Virus record (IMG/VR): IMGVR_UViG_3300046817_000857
Location: 1 to 50,966 of that record
Strand: one strand, 5' to 3'
DNA length: 50,966 nucleotides
From: a virus
Lineage: Duplodnaviria > Caudoviricetes
In this document: positions 26,709 through 36,658 of the stretch, in pieces
How positions within the stretch are numbered: the first letter of the stretch is position 1
Layout: each line of letters starts with the position of its first letter
Translations under genes and position numbers: made by a program
Notes under the pieces: model-generated
What the model was told of the DNA's origin: nothing
Seen by the model: the letters and a program-made list of their open reading frames with translations, nothing else
Database searches by the model: none

Positions 26709-29700
26709 GGGGTCATTCCAAAGCCGTGCCGGATGTAGGGATTGATGCCGTTGTTCGCAGTCAGAGCCGGGTCCCAGTTCCACCTTGCGTTGTTGAGCGC
26801 GGCTGTCATGTAGCCGTCGATCGTTGCCGTCAGCCCGAGCGATGCAGCGTAGGTTTCCGCCGTTCTTTCAGGATTTGGATAAATCGTTGTTGGAGAGCAA
26901 GTGTACGAATACATCGTTGTACTCGAAGCCGTTTGATTTGGTGAAACCTGCCAACTCGTACCGGACCCTCCTGTGATCGTGGTGTTTGCGGTAACGCCAG
27001 GACCGGCGAGATTCTGTCCAATCGCGATGGGGCCGTTTATCAATCCGCTTGTTGCAAGATTATTGGGTGCAGTTATTACTCCGGTGAATTGCGCTCCAGT
27101 ACAGAACGTATTGGGAGTCCAGATATTGGCTGCACCACTGCCGGGGATACCACCAGGAGAGTCGTTTGTTCCACCGCTATCTCCTGGGGAGGGCGCAACA
27201 GCGCCATCAGGCCAGTTGAAAATGACATTATCGGTGAAGCTTAAGTTATGCACACCATTGGTGTCTATGGTCGCAACAGTGAGTTGCCAGCCAGTCAAGT
27301 TTGCCACTGCGTCAACTCTTATTTGAAGTCCACTTGCGCCCCCAGGAGAAGCCGTCAGCACGTCATTAACAACATAATTCGTGCCGGTACTCACTATCCT
27401 ATAAAAGGTCATTCCGCCCGGCGTGGTTTCGGCACCGGGGTCTGACCCAGTGAGAAGAGACCATTTTATGTGATCAGTATCGGTGCCTGCAATGGCGGTC
27501 CATGTCCCATTGTAAGCAGATGGGGTTGCGCCGGTGACTGTGAACTTCTCCCCTACATGAACACCGTAGGTGAAATCGTTGAACCCAGTCGTCCCAGTAG
27601 CAGTGGCTTCGTAGAACCCAGTGCCACCATTAAGCGCCCTCGTAATTCCGGTGAAACTCTCAAGAGCGAACGCAGCGCGTGCTCCTGCCCCAGCCATGCT
27701 CCCACTAAAGTTAGTCAGTGCAACGCCGTCCACAGGACCGAAGTTCACATTGGCAGGAACGGCTGGGCAATACGGAGACGCGAATGTAGTGCCGTAATAT
27801 CCTGGAGTCCCGCCAGTCCCAGCAGCAGTAAGCGTGGTTCCTTCTGTGTTGATACTGGGATAACCTGAAACCGGCGTCAGCACATCTCCAACCAGAGAAG
27901 TTCCAGCAAGTTGTTCTGCCAGAATCACATCAGTGATGGAACCACTTGCGACCGTTATAGCAAACGTCGATAATGTACTGCTGTGCCCTCCAGTGAAAGT
28001 TCCTGTGCCACCAATACAGCTATAAATTCCTGCTGTCCCTCCAGTCCCCGGATTTGACGCGATTGCAGTAGACACTTTTCCATTGAAGCCGTCAGCTGCG
28101 GCGTACCATGAAAAGGGGCTGACAGAACCATCCAAGTTAGCAATTAGATTATTTGTGGCCACCACATCGTTGGAATTGTAAAATTGTATACCCTGAGGAG
28201 GAGTTCCATTCGGAGTAGAATAAAATGACATGATGACATTGTTTGTAGCAGTCGTATTGCTGTCCAAGGTTGGATCGCCCTCAAAATGACCAACATCAAA
28301 GCCGTAAGTTCCGGCATATGTAAAATTATTATCGATGGTGCCGCCGCCACGAAATTGAAAATCTTCCGATCCACTCCTAGCACTGGTATTTCCACGCCTA
28401 CTGCCACGAACGGCATTCCATTGAAGATAGGCGTTTCGCGATGTTGTATTGCCAACCGTCAGACTTGCATCATTGTATCCACATAGGTCCAGTACGTTCT
28501 CATCAACCTGAAATCCGGTAGACATGGGTCCGCCGCCGGGTGTCGTCAGACTGCCCCCGACTGGATTTATAAGGTCAGCATTGATACCAAGAGCGCGGTT
28601 TCCGTAGCAGTGGTCCGTTTGAGAGCGTCGAATAGTGATATCGTAATTTTGTGCAAAGTCAGCAATGTTTATGCCATCGGAGTACCATTCAGCACGGACG
28701 TCCTCAACCAAAATACCAATCTTTTGTCCGGGGATTGAAACGGCTGTAGTAGGATCGACCACGTTGCCGGAACCGACATACTCACCACTTCCGGGGTCAC
28801 GCTGCGCTGAGTAGAAATGCAGACCCATTAAAGCAATATAATTTCCCGCCCCCTGAATTTGGATTCCTGCGCGTGCTGAATATAGATGATCGTTTCCTGT
28901 ACCCTGCATAGCTGCGTATGCTGCCGTTGCGCTTGGGCTTTTAATAATGGGGCGAGCCCGCGCCCCTGACGGGAGGTCTGGAGATGTCGCTGGAACGGCC
29001 TCGTCATAGGCCCCAACAACTAACGGCTCTAGTTCAGAGGCACCCCCGAGAGGAAAATTGTCCGATCCGCCCGCGATGCTCCATCCTCTCTCTAATGACT
29101 GCCCGGTAAAGGTGTCTCCCATTCGCAGCAGGAGCCAGTCGGGTTTTCCAGAGCGCAGCGCAAACCCGTTTCCAGCCCCTGCCGTGTGCCAGTTACCAAT
29201 CGTGCCAAGGCCAGTGCCGTCGCCATTGAAGACGGACGAACTGCCCGTGTTGTTAGGGTCATATAATCCTGGTCCTGTGCCACCAACGCCCTTGGTAAGC
29301 GTCTTGACTGGGCCATGGATGCCGGGAGCAGCAGATGTATACGCCATAGTCATAGGGCCGGTACAGGAACCAGAGCAAGTCAATGTCCCACTCGCATCAG
29401 GCAACCCGGTGCGGCTGGTCATCTGCACGAGCTTCTGGCTTGTCACGCTCACTGCGACGGTAAAGGCCTTGCCGTTAGGGCTGGTGTAAGTGTCACCCGC
29501 CACTGGGCTGGTGTTGGAGCTTAGGACGAACTGCTCTGTCGTATTATCGTCCACGAATGTCGGGGTCGAGCCGTCACGAAGATCACTCCCCATCGAGTCG
29601 GAGACATAGATAATGTTGGTGAACGCAGCGCTGGGCAACGTGCCGTCGCTGGGACCGATAGCCGTCCAGCCAGACGCAGTGGTGGAGCCATAAGTGCCGA

Positions 29701-30100
29701 GAGCTAGCCCTGGGCCACCAGCAATGGTCACATTAATCGTGAAGTTCCCAGGCGTGACCGAGGGGGTAGTGCCGGACACCGATATAGTGATCGGAATAGT
29801 TGGGTGGGTCGCGTTAACGAGGTTGGTGTTGTTGGCAACGGTGACCACGCCAGTTGTCGAATTGATCTGAAAGACGCTGAGAGCGTCGGTCAGAGACCAC
29901 GATGGGGTGCCAGTGAAAGAACCAACAATCGAGGCCGACCCTAAGAACGTGCCGTTGGCCGACATCTCCACAATGAAGGTGTTGGAAAGCGCAATGGTGT
30001 TCGGTGGCGGCGGGGCGGTTCCGCTGCCATGAATCCATGCCACCGCAGGAAGAAGGCAGACATAGAGGGCTACAATCGAGACGAGGAACAGCCGTTTCAT
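26705..30100 (-). CDS. Large secreted protein: cadherin-like domain plus right-handed beta-helix (polysaccharide lyase-like) with Gly/Thr-rich inserts
   Basis: Likely start MKRLFLVSIVALYVCLLPAVA; FQINSTTGVVTV (cadherin-like); IIYVSDS.GSD...PVKTL.KG...PDWLLLRMGDTF; Asn ladders. Confidence 0.75.
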   Translation of the reverse strand: MKRLFLVSIVALYVCLLPAVAWIHGSGTAPPPPNTIALSNTFIVEMSANGTFLGSASIVGSFTGTPSWSLTDALSVFQINSTTGVVTVANNTNLVNATHPTIPITISVSGTTPSVTPGNFTINVTIAGGPGLALGTYGSTTASGWTAIGPSDGTLPSAAFTNIIYVSDSMGSDLRDGSTPTFVDDNTTEQFVLSSNTSPVAGDTYTSPNGKAFTVAVSVTSQKLVQMTSRTGLPDASGTLTCSGSCTGPMTMAYTSAAPGIHGPVKTLTKGVGGTGPGLYDPNNTGSSSVFNGDGTGLGTIGNWHTAGAGNGFALRSGKPDWLLLRMGDTFTGQSLERGWSIAGGSDNFPLGGASELEPLVVGAYDEAVPATSPDLPSGARARPIIKSPSATAAYAAMQGTGNDHLYSARAGIQIQGAGNYIALMGLHFYSAQRDPGSGEYVGSGNVVDPTTAVSIPGQKIGILVEDVRAEWYSDGINIADFAQNYDITIRRSQTDHCYGNRALGINADLINPVGGSLTTPGGGPMSTGFQVDENVLDLCGYNDASLTVGNTTSRNAYLQWNAVRGSRRGNTSARSGSEDFQFRGGGTIDNNFTYAGTYGFDVGHFEGDPTLDSNTTATNNVIMSFYSTPNGTPPQGIQFYNSNDVVATNNLIANLDGSVSPFSWYAAADGFNGKVSTAIASNPGTGGTAGIYSCIGGTGTFTGGHSSTLSTFAITVASGSITDVILAEQLAGTSLVGDVLTPVSGYPSINTEGTTLTAAGTGGTPGYYGTTFASPYCPAVPANVNFGPVDGVALTNFSGSMAGAGARAAFALESFTGITRALNGGTGFYEATATGTTGFNDFTYGVHVGEKFTVTGATPSAYNGTWTAIAGTDTDHIKWSLLTGSDPGAETTPGGMTFYRIVSTGTNYVVNDVLTASPGGASGLQIRVDAVANLTGWQLTVATIDTNGVHNLSFTDNVIFNWPDGAVAPSPGDSGGTNDSPGGIPGSGAANIWTPNTFCTGAQFTGVITAPNNLATSGLINGPIAIGQNLAGPGVTANTTITGGSGTSWQVSPNQTASSTTMYSYTCSPTTIYPNPERTAETYAASLGLTATIDGYMTAALNNARWNWDPALTANNGINPYIRHGFGMTP

Positions 30101-31362
30101 CAGTGTAGCCTCGATGTGTCGATGATACCGCTGGATTGGATCAGACCGTAACCACCAGGAGAGGGATGTACGCCATCGGCCGTGGAATAGAAATCGGTCC
30201 CATCGACAATCCAAAGCGAATTGTTCGTGCCAGTTCCGAGAATGCTGGACGTATTGTAGGAGCCGCCAGGAGGGCCTACGGTGGCGGCCAGCAAGTCGGT
30301 GTTGAATCCTGCAACACTGGTTTGGAACGCGGTCGTCATCTGATCGACCGTTGTCGTCCAATTATTGGCCATATCGGTTGTCCAAGGAATTATCGTAGTT
30401 TGGATGATTGTCTTGCTGCCGATCATGTTGGCAGTCAGGGTCGTGTACATAGTGGCCAAACTGGCTTCCATCACTGCAAGCGACTCACCATCGGCAGCGA
30501 AGTTGTTGTGGCCGTAGCCACTGATGGCGCTGGTGCAGTATTGCAGCTCTTTATCACGCTGGGTATGCCCAGCGTTGAAACGCGAGGAGGTATCATTGCT
30601 GATGCCCATGTTAACGTAGCCAAGAGTGGGTCCGACGGACCTAGCGAGTATTCCAACGTCGCCGGAAGTCCCGGAATATACATCGTGCGCGCCATCCACG
30701 ATGCTGTCACCGAGCAGGCAGACCGATGCCTGGGCATTAGGAACCTTTCCGACTATTGTCAGGGGGAACGACATGAACCCAACTGTAAGCGGGACCGTGC
30801 CGCAGTCCACCGTATGGTCGGCTATGCCGCTGACCCCAACATCGATCAGGTCTCCGGTCGCCCAGTCTCCTACTTCGTCGGAATAAATGAGGCCAGAGGC
30901 GTTGGTGAGATACTCCCCAACGAAGAACTTCGTATTTGTTGGGATGGTTATATTTATGGGATCGGACAGGACATCGGTTCCCTTGGCCACGGTAACCGAG
31001 GACATTCCGGAGAACGTCAGCGGGTGGCACACTCCGACTGGGTACTCGACATCGCCCTTGATAACGCAATCGGAGCCAGGAGCCGACTCGACATCGGTGG
31101 AGATGAATACATACCAGCAGCCGAAGCGGACTTGAAGGCTAGTTACTGCGGTGCGGGTGTAGTGAAACGACCGAGCCATCATTTGGTTGTTTGAGGTGTC
31201 GTATGATGCCAGGAGTTTGCCCCGGGTGGCGACCAGGCCTGTGTAGTTGATGGCGCCAGCGTTGAAGATATTGAAGACCTGAGCATAGGCCATCCCGGAA
31301 ACGAGGACGATCAATGCGGCGATAGATATTAGACGACGGTACCGTACTCGCAGGTCGATCAT
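30100..31362 (-). CDS. Secreted SGNH/GDSL hydrolase (carbohydrate esterase-like)
   Basis: Signal peptide (AYA|Q); block I LLGDSI, block II GIS, block III GHNN, block V DGVHP. Confidence 0.82.
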   Translation of the reverse strand: MIDLRVRYRRLISIAALIVLVSGMAYAQVFNIFNAGAINYTGLVATRGKLLASYDTSNNQMMARSFHYTRTAVTSLQVRFGCWYVFISTDVESAPGSDCVIKGDVEYPVGVCHPLTFSGMSSVTVAKGTDVLSDPINITIPTNTKFFVGEYLTNASGLIYSDEVGDWATGDLIDVGVSGIADHTVDCGTVPLTVGFMSFPLTIVGKVPNAQASVCLLGDSIVDGAHDVYSGTSGDVGILARSVGPTLGYVNMGISNDTSSRFNAGHTQRDKELQYCTSAISGYGHNNFAADGESLAVMEASLATMYTTLTANMIGSKTIIQTTIIPWTTDMANNWTTTVDQMTTAFQTSVAGFNTDLLAATVGPPGGSYNTSSILGTGTNNSLWIVDGTDFYSTADGVHPSPGGYGLIQSSGIIDTSRLH

Positions 31363-32270
31363 CAGAAACCCCAGAAGGTATGTGCGTTCGCACTCAGCGT
31401 GTCCATAGTGCTTGAGCTTGGCCCGTCGTTCCAAGCACCTACTTCCACAACAGACCCATTCAAAAAGCTGCTTGCGCCCCCAAGCTGGAATTGCGTCGTG
31501 AGAGTGCCGTTGCCGCAGTCTACGATGTTGGGAGCGGTGCTGTTGATGTGGATGTCTGACGAGGTGCTGTTCCCGAGGACTGACAGAGAACCCCAATTCC
31601 CGTCTAGCCCGCTACCGGAAGCTAACTGATCGAAGCTACCGAAGACACAAAACACTTCATTGGCCGCACCACTCAAATTAACCCCCACCGAAGGACCGAG
31701 GTCCTGCCGCGCAGCTGTAAATGTGTGGTTGAAAACATAGTTAAAGACATATGGCTGAGAGGGACCTGTAAAACTTAACGGAGACTGATAGACGGCGCTT
31801 GTGCCATTGAAGGTGAGACATGGACTAGATGTCAGCCCCGAGCAGCTGACTGTTAGAGTAGCTCTGCTGGCTATCGTGTTCTGGACAAGATCGCAAGAAC
31901 CAGTACAGTTTCCACCCGCTGTCTGGTCGTAGATTTTCTTGACCGTGCAAACGACTATGGAGCAGTCTGAACCACCAATCGTAGTAATGACAAGAGCGCC
32001 GGTTGTCGCATCGCTAATCATGTCTGCGCATGCGACGTCGGCTACGTTGCAGACATTGATGGCTGCGTTGCCTCGCGTTGCTGAACTAAAGGCGCGCAAA
32101 CCACTCCATGCCAACGGGGTTGTAATCCCAAGATCACCGGGACCGATATAGCTGCCGCCACCGCCTCCACCGGGAGCGCCTTTCCCCGCACCTGTCATGG
32201 GGACTTGCGCCTGTGCAAGACAGAAGAGCCCAAGACAGAACAGGGTTATGGATACGATGCGATAGATCAT
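31362..32270 (-). CDS. Secreted concanavalin/LamG-like protein (arabinofuranosidase-B catalytic-like)
   Basis: Signal peptide (AQA|Q), poly-Gly linker, AWSGLRA...VKKIYDQT...LVQ.T...R, FLNGSVVEV; 10 Cys in the mature part. Confidence 0.65.
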   Translation of the reverse strand: MIYRIVSITLFCLGLFCLAQAQVPMTGAGKGAPGGGGGGSYIGPGDLGITTPLAWSGLRAFSSATRGNAAINVCNVADVACADMISDATTGALVITTIGGSDCSIVVCTVKKIYDQTAGGNCTGSCDLVQNTIASRATLTVSCSGLTSSPCLTFNGTSAVYQSPLSFTGPSQPYVFNYVFNHTFTAARQDLGPSVGVNLSGAANEVFCVFGSFDQLASGSGLDGNWGSLSVLGNSTSSDIHINSTAPNIVDCGNGTLTTQFQLGGASSFLNGSVVEVGAWNDGPSSSTMDTLSANAHTFWGF

Positions 32271-33949
32271 GGCACTCTTTGAACGTATGTGATGTTGCCG
32301 GACAGATCGCCCGAACCAGACTGGAACAGGCAGAGATCGTGGGCTGCTGTGTTCGTCAGAGCTATAGTCCCAGCTCCACTGCCTTGGGTTTCACCACCGT
32401 TCGCAGCAAGGGAAAGTCCGTGTGTTGCGGTGGTGGCGCCGATGACTGCTTCGGCGGCGGTATCGCACTCGGTTGATGCCTTAGTGCCATCTGCGATCGA
32501 CCATATCGTGGCGGCCGAAGCGATCAGATGGAGGGAGCAGATGTAAATCTTCTGAGAGCTAGCAAGTGACACGAGCTTGATTGTCGTAGTTCCGGTCATG
32601 GATATTGGAACATTGGTCTTGGCCGCGAACATGCAGGGATCGGCGGCGGTCTGATTATTGGCGAGCACGACCGGGGAGCTAGCCGACATCGCGGCTTGGC
32701 CATTGCTGTTCGCGTTGGTCACCGACACGCCGTTGGTGGTACCAGGGGTGGTCTGGTCGATGCGGACGTTGCCAATGATATTCGTACCAGCGGGAATGGG
32801 CCCGGTGATGGCGGAATAGAGAGCATTGCCGGTTGTGTCAACATCGATGATCTGGGCGCGCTTGGTGGTGAGACGCGCAGTGCCTTCCTGTCCGGTGGTG
32901 AGCGTAGCAGAATCATTAAACACGCCACCACTGGGGACAAAGACAGACATCCCAGCAGTCCACGCTGCCGCATCCACCACGCTGACGCCGGAGCCAGAGC
33001 AATTGCCACAGGTGACCGCAAGCTCGTTGCTCGAGTTGACGTTGGCGCCACGGGCGTTGCCAGCAGCATCGCGGATGATTCCGTAGGCGCCCTTAGTGGT
33101 GCCAGAGGCGCGGTCCCAGGTGGTGCCGTTGAACAGCCAAGAGGCCACGGCGCCGGTGTTGTTGCCGTTAACGCCATCGGCCAGCGCTAAAGCGGACAGC
33201 CAGTTCTGCGTGTTGGTACCATCGCTCATGGCAACTCGGACGGGATTGCCGACAAGCGCGGCACCAGTGGCGCCAGGGCCAACGACCTGCGCGTTGAGAT
33301 TGGATGCCGTGGCCTGCGTGACGGCCGTGGTCGAGCCAGTGTCAATAACAGCGTGGAGATTGGAGCCAGTGGCTTGGCCTACGACCCAAGGGGAGGTGCC
33401 TTGTGTCACAGAACCACCTCCGCCGCCTCCTCCACCTCCACCAGAGCCAGTGGCGATGCCCGAGCCACCAACCATATTGACGGTCGTGGTCGAGGTCGAG
33501 GTGATACAGGAGAGTTGGGTATTGGCACCGACGGTAAAAGCGAACCAGCTATTGGGAGGAATAAGCTGGTCCGAGGTTGTTGCTGATGCGCCTAGTTTAC
33601 AGTAGGCGCCATTGGTCGCGCCGACATTCGAAGCAACGACAACGGTACCGGAAGGGAGGGTACCAGTAGCGCTGACGGTGCTAACGGAGATCGGCGTTCC
33701 GGTAGACTGAACGGTGGGAAAGCCGGAGATGGTTGCGGTGGCCGAGACGGTTGCGTTAACGCAAAGGGCACCAGTTTCATCCATCGTGCCGAAGCCCTGC
33801 GTGGCAGCGAGGGATTGTGCTGCGCAGGTAGGGACAACGACGAAGCCACCAACAGTTACGCCCGCAGGTGGGGGCATGGTGAAGTTCTGAGCCTGGGCTG
33901 GCGCTAGGCCCAGGAGCGCGGAGAATAGCGCCAGCCAAAGCTTTTGCAT
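32267..33949 (-). CDS. Secreted fibre-like/adaptor protein
   Basis: Signal peptide (AQA|Q), long Gly linker, VTQGTSPWVV, FNGTTWDR, IPAGTNIIGNV fibre-type motifs. Confidence 0.72.
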   Translation of the reverse strand: MQKLWLALFSALLGLAPAQAQNFTMPPPAGVTVGGFVVVPTCAAQSLAATQGFGTMDETGALCVNATVSATATISGFPTVQSTGTPISVSTVSATGTLPSGTVVVASNVGATNGAYCKLGASATTSDQLIPPNSWFAFTVGANTQLSCITSTSTTTVNMVGGSGIATGSGGGGGGGGGGSVTQGTSPWVVGQATGSNLHAVIDTGSTTAVTQATASNLNAQVVGPGATGAALVGNPVRVAMSDGTNTQNWLSALALADGVNGNNTGAVASWLFNGTTWDRASGTTKGAYGIIRDAAGNARGANVNSSNELAVTCGNCSGSGVSVVDAAAWTAGMSVFVPSGGVFNDSATLTTGQEGTARLTTKRAQIIDVDTTGNALYSAITGPIPAGTNIIGNVRIDQTTPGTTNGVSVTNANSNGQAAMSASSPVVLANNQTAADPCMFAAKTNVPISMTGTTTIKLVSLASSQKIYICSLHLIASAATIWSIADGTKASTECDTAAEAVIGATTATHGLSLAANGGETQGSGAGTIALTNTAAHDLCLFQSGSGDLSGNITYVQRVP

Positions 33950-33958
33950 TTGAGTCTC

Positions 33959-34411
33959 CTAGCTCGAGCTAACGCACATATAGGCGATGGTGTTGTTAGC
34001 GGTCGAGGTTTGGGTGATGGTTAGGGTGGTAGTGGCAGTGGCATAGGAGAGGGCCGCAAGGATTGCGGACTTCGGGGTCAGGAGACAGACCGGAGCGGTG
34101 ACGAAGGGCGTGCCAAAAGTGAGTACGCAAGAGGTGGTGGCGGAGGTGCCAACGGTGATGACACCAGCGAAGTCGGTGCCGACAACAGAAGGGGAGGTCG
34201 TACCGCAGTTGGCTGCCGCCACCGTCGGGGGTGGCCCACCTCGGGTTGTAGTGAGGAGGTGGTTAGGGAGGTAGATGTTATTAGAGGTGTCGTAGCCGAT
34301 AAGACCGGTTGGGTCCTGAGAGAGTTGGACTGCTTTGTTGATGTTCTGGGCATAGGTGAGGGCCAGACCAAGAGCCAGGATCACAGCCGAGGGGAGAAAG
34401 AGATTCTTCAT
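33959..34411 (-). CDS. Secreted Thr-rich beta protein
   Basis: Signal peptide (TYA|Q); GTDFAGVITVG...C.LTF..PF..AP.C; 4 Cys. Confidence 0.75.
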   Translation of the reverse strand: MKNLFLPSAVILALGLALTYAQNINKAVQLSQDPTGLIGYDTSNNIYLPNHLLTTTRGGPPPTVAAANCGTTSPSVVGTDFAGVITVGTSATTSCVLTFGTPFVTAPVCLLTPKSAILAALSYATATTTLTITQTSTANNTIAYMCVSSS

Positions 34412-35052
34412 TGTGGTGCCTCCGTCCAGCGGAATGTTACGTTGAGAAGAGCAGTGGGTGAAGTGGCGTTGAGGTTCACGCAGATCTGCTGCGCTGCACC
34501 ACGTAGAGTTGGGGCTTCCGAGAAGGTCCGTTCGGCATAGTCGAACAGGACGTAGGGGGTTACCGCCGCACCAACGGTGGTTGCGACCAAGCCAAGGTTG
34601 GCACTGCTGATAATGCCGGGGGCAGAGTCAGGGATGGTAGGGTTGGCCGTGTAGGAGACGAGGGTTGCGGTGGAGGTTGGGTTGGTACTGTCCAAAGCGT
34701 AGGCTACAGGGAGGACAGCGTTGGTGCCGGGGGTGCCACCGGTATCGGCGGAGGCGTTCTTCTTGATCAGCACAGGGATGGAGATAGCTGTGCCGGAGCC
34801 GCTGACGCGGACCGATTGAACACGGATCACACGAGTAGCAGAGCCTGCGATACAGGCGATGTCAGTGGCAGAAGCAGCAGGGATGATACCTACGCCGGTA
34901 GCAGCGTAGGTAGCGACGGAGGGTTCCTGAACACAGGTGACGCCGACTTGTGGGACGTTGTTAACGCCACCAACGCCAACGCAGGAGACCTGAGCTTGGG
35001 CCGCCCCCGCAAACGCGAGGGAAGCAACAAGGGCAAGGAGAAGTTTCTTCAT
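34408..35052 (-). CDS. Secreted beta-sandwich protein (decoration-like)
   Basis: Likely start MKKLLLALVASLAFAGAAQA|Q; 4 Cys; directly follows the cement gene. Confidence 0.75.
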   Translation of the reverse strand: MKKLLLALVASLAFAGAAQAQVSCVGVGGVNNVPQVGVTCVQEPSVATYAATGVGIIPAASATDIACIAGSATRVIRVQSVRVSGSGTAISIPVLIKKNASADTGGTPGTNAVLPVAYALDSTNPTSTATLVSYTANPTIPDSAPGIISSANLGLVATTVGAAVTPYVLFDYAERTFSEAPTLRGAAQQICVNLNATSPTALLNVTFRWTEAPQ

Positions 35053-35053
35053 G

Positions 35054-35587
35054 TTAGTTCGCCACCGTGATACCAGCAGGGTAGCCGCCGAGGACCGCGT
35101 TCTTGGTGGATTGGTACATTTGATCGTGACGGTCAAGGACGATGTAGGCTGCGATGGTCGGGTTGCAGGTGGAGACGGTGGTGTAGACCAGCTTAAGGAA
35201 GCGCGGGACGGCAACGCCAGCGGGTGGACGAGGCATATCCATGTCCATCAGGCGAGCGCCAACGACAAGCTGGGCGGTGGTATAGGCTGGGGAAACCCAC
35301 CAGACGGAGAAGGTGGAGGGGACGCCAGCGGCAGTGTCGATGGCGCCCTCGAGGGTGACAGTCATCGAGGTGCCAGTGGTGGCAGCGGTGATGACCTGGA
35401 CCAGGAGCTTGAGGGCTGGATCGTCGCCGATGCCGATATCGCGAGCTTGGCCTACGCCAAGGATAGTCGCGGAGGTGGTTGGCAAACCAAGGTTGCCAAG
35501 GTCGATGATGTTTGCGGAGTCTTGGGTGGTGCCTGACGCCGTGATGAGAGACCCGGTGTCGAAGGCAAGGAGTGCGTCGAGGATCAT
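35054..35587 (-). CDS. Capsid cement/decoration protein (Bbp16-like)
   Basis: MILDALLAF...SANIIDLG...RDIGIG...RFLKLVY; directly after the major capsid gene. Confidence 0.82.
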   Translation of the reverse strand: MILDALLAFDTGSLITASGTTQDSANIIDLGNLGLPTTSATILGVGQARDIGIGDDPALKLLVQVITAATTGTSMTVTLEGAIDTAAGVPSTFSVWWVSPAYTTAQLVVGARLMDMDMPRPPAGVAVPRFLKLVYTTVSTCNPTIAAYIVLDRHDQMYQSTKNAVLGGYPAGITVAN

Positions 35588-35601
35588 GGTACATGCCTCC
35601 C

Positions 35602-36645
35602 TTAAGTGAGCGCGGTTTCGTTGTTGAGGATGGCGTCACAGGTTCGAATCGGGATGCCGCGGAAGGTGGTGACGGGTTTGCCATCGAACTCCTCGATGCG
35701 GAGGAGGACGTTGGTTTTGTTCATAGCCTGAAGGTCGAGGTAGGTTCGGACGACACGGTTGCAATAGATGACACTGCGACCCATATTTGCGCGAACCTCG
35801 GGAGTGTCGGAGGTCTGGATGGTACCGGCTGAAACGGGCTGGGTCGGGAGTTTGTAGATGGCCCGGACCAGGAGATTGATAAGGTTCGCTGCGGACACGC
35901 CGGTGAGCTGGGTGATGTCGATGTTCGCGATACGGACGATATAGCGCCAGTCGCGGAGGACGTAACCGATCTCCCATTTAAAGTGATCGCGGTAGGCTTG
36001 ATAGGTGTTGCCCGAGGCATCGGTTACCGGCCACTCACCCATGTCACGGTGCTGGAGGCCGGTGATCTTGCCCTTGGGGAAGGTTGCGTGGGCGGTATCG
36101 TCGCCCCAGACCTTGAGCCAGATCGAGGTGTTGGTCGAGGCTGCGCCGCCGCCATCGAGGACGTTGTTGGCGGTTTGGGAACTGGCGGTGGTCTTAGTGG
36201 AGTATCGAGGGGACAGCCCGGTGAACCGCTCTGGGTTCACGAACTGGTTCCCGTAGATCATTGTCGCGGCGATCTGCTGGGACATACCTTCAAGGAAGGC
36301 CTTGACTTCGGAGAGCCGGAACTCGGCGGTGTTGCCGTTGAGATCCGCGATGTCCTTGTCAATAACCGAATACGTCTCAAGATTACCGCACGTATCCACA
36401 ATCTGAGCCGTGGTGCTTTTTGCATTCGGCACACCTTGATTGAGCAGGCGCCAAGTGGCCTGGGGCAGGCCAGTTCGGACGGTGGTCTTGTGCCCGGTTG
36501 GGAGGTTCCCCTCGACGACCATCATGTCCTCGAGGATTTCGTTCGTCTGGGAAAGGAGCTCGATGATACGGGCGACCTTGTATCCGTCATCAAGCCGCTT
36601 GGCCCAGTCTGCGTACGTCAGCGCGACGTTGCCGATGGTAGCCAT
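35602..36645 (-). CDS. Major capsid protein (BPP-1 Bbp17/epsilon15-like, HK97 fold)
   Basis: LTYADWAKR, IIELLSQTNEILED, GNLPTGH.TTVRTGLP..TWR, DWRYIVRIANID, FRGIPIR.CDAI. Confidence 0.95.
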   Translation of the reverse strand: MATIGNVALTYADWAKRLDDGYKVARIIELLSQTNEILEDMMVVEGNLPTGHKTTVRTGLPQATWRLLNQGVPNAKSTTAQIVDTCGNLETYSVIDKDIADLNGNTAEFRLSEVKAFLEGMSQQIAATMIYGNQFVNPERFTGLSPRYSTKTTASSQTANNVLDGGGAASTNTSIWLKVWGDDTAHATFPKGKITGLQHRDMGEWPVTDASGNTYQAYRDHFKWEIGYVLRDWRYIVRIANIDITQLTGVSAANLINLLVRAIYKLPTQPVSAGTIQTSDTPEVRANMGRSVIYCNRVVRTYLDLQAMNKTNVLLRIEEFDGKPVTTFRGIPIRTCDAILNNETALT

Positions 36646-36658
36646 GAGTTATGGTTTC

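Noticed and set aside
30100-30361. Extended N-termini in the ORF track for 26705-30361, 30100-31596, 34408-35214, 26085-26783 and 5625-7004
   Set aside because: The extensions overlap upstream genes. Downstream ATGs that are stop-coupled or have an SD give clean signal peptides or better starts.
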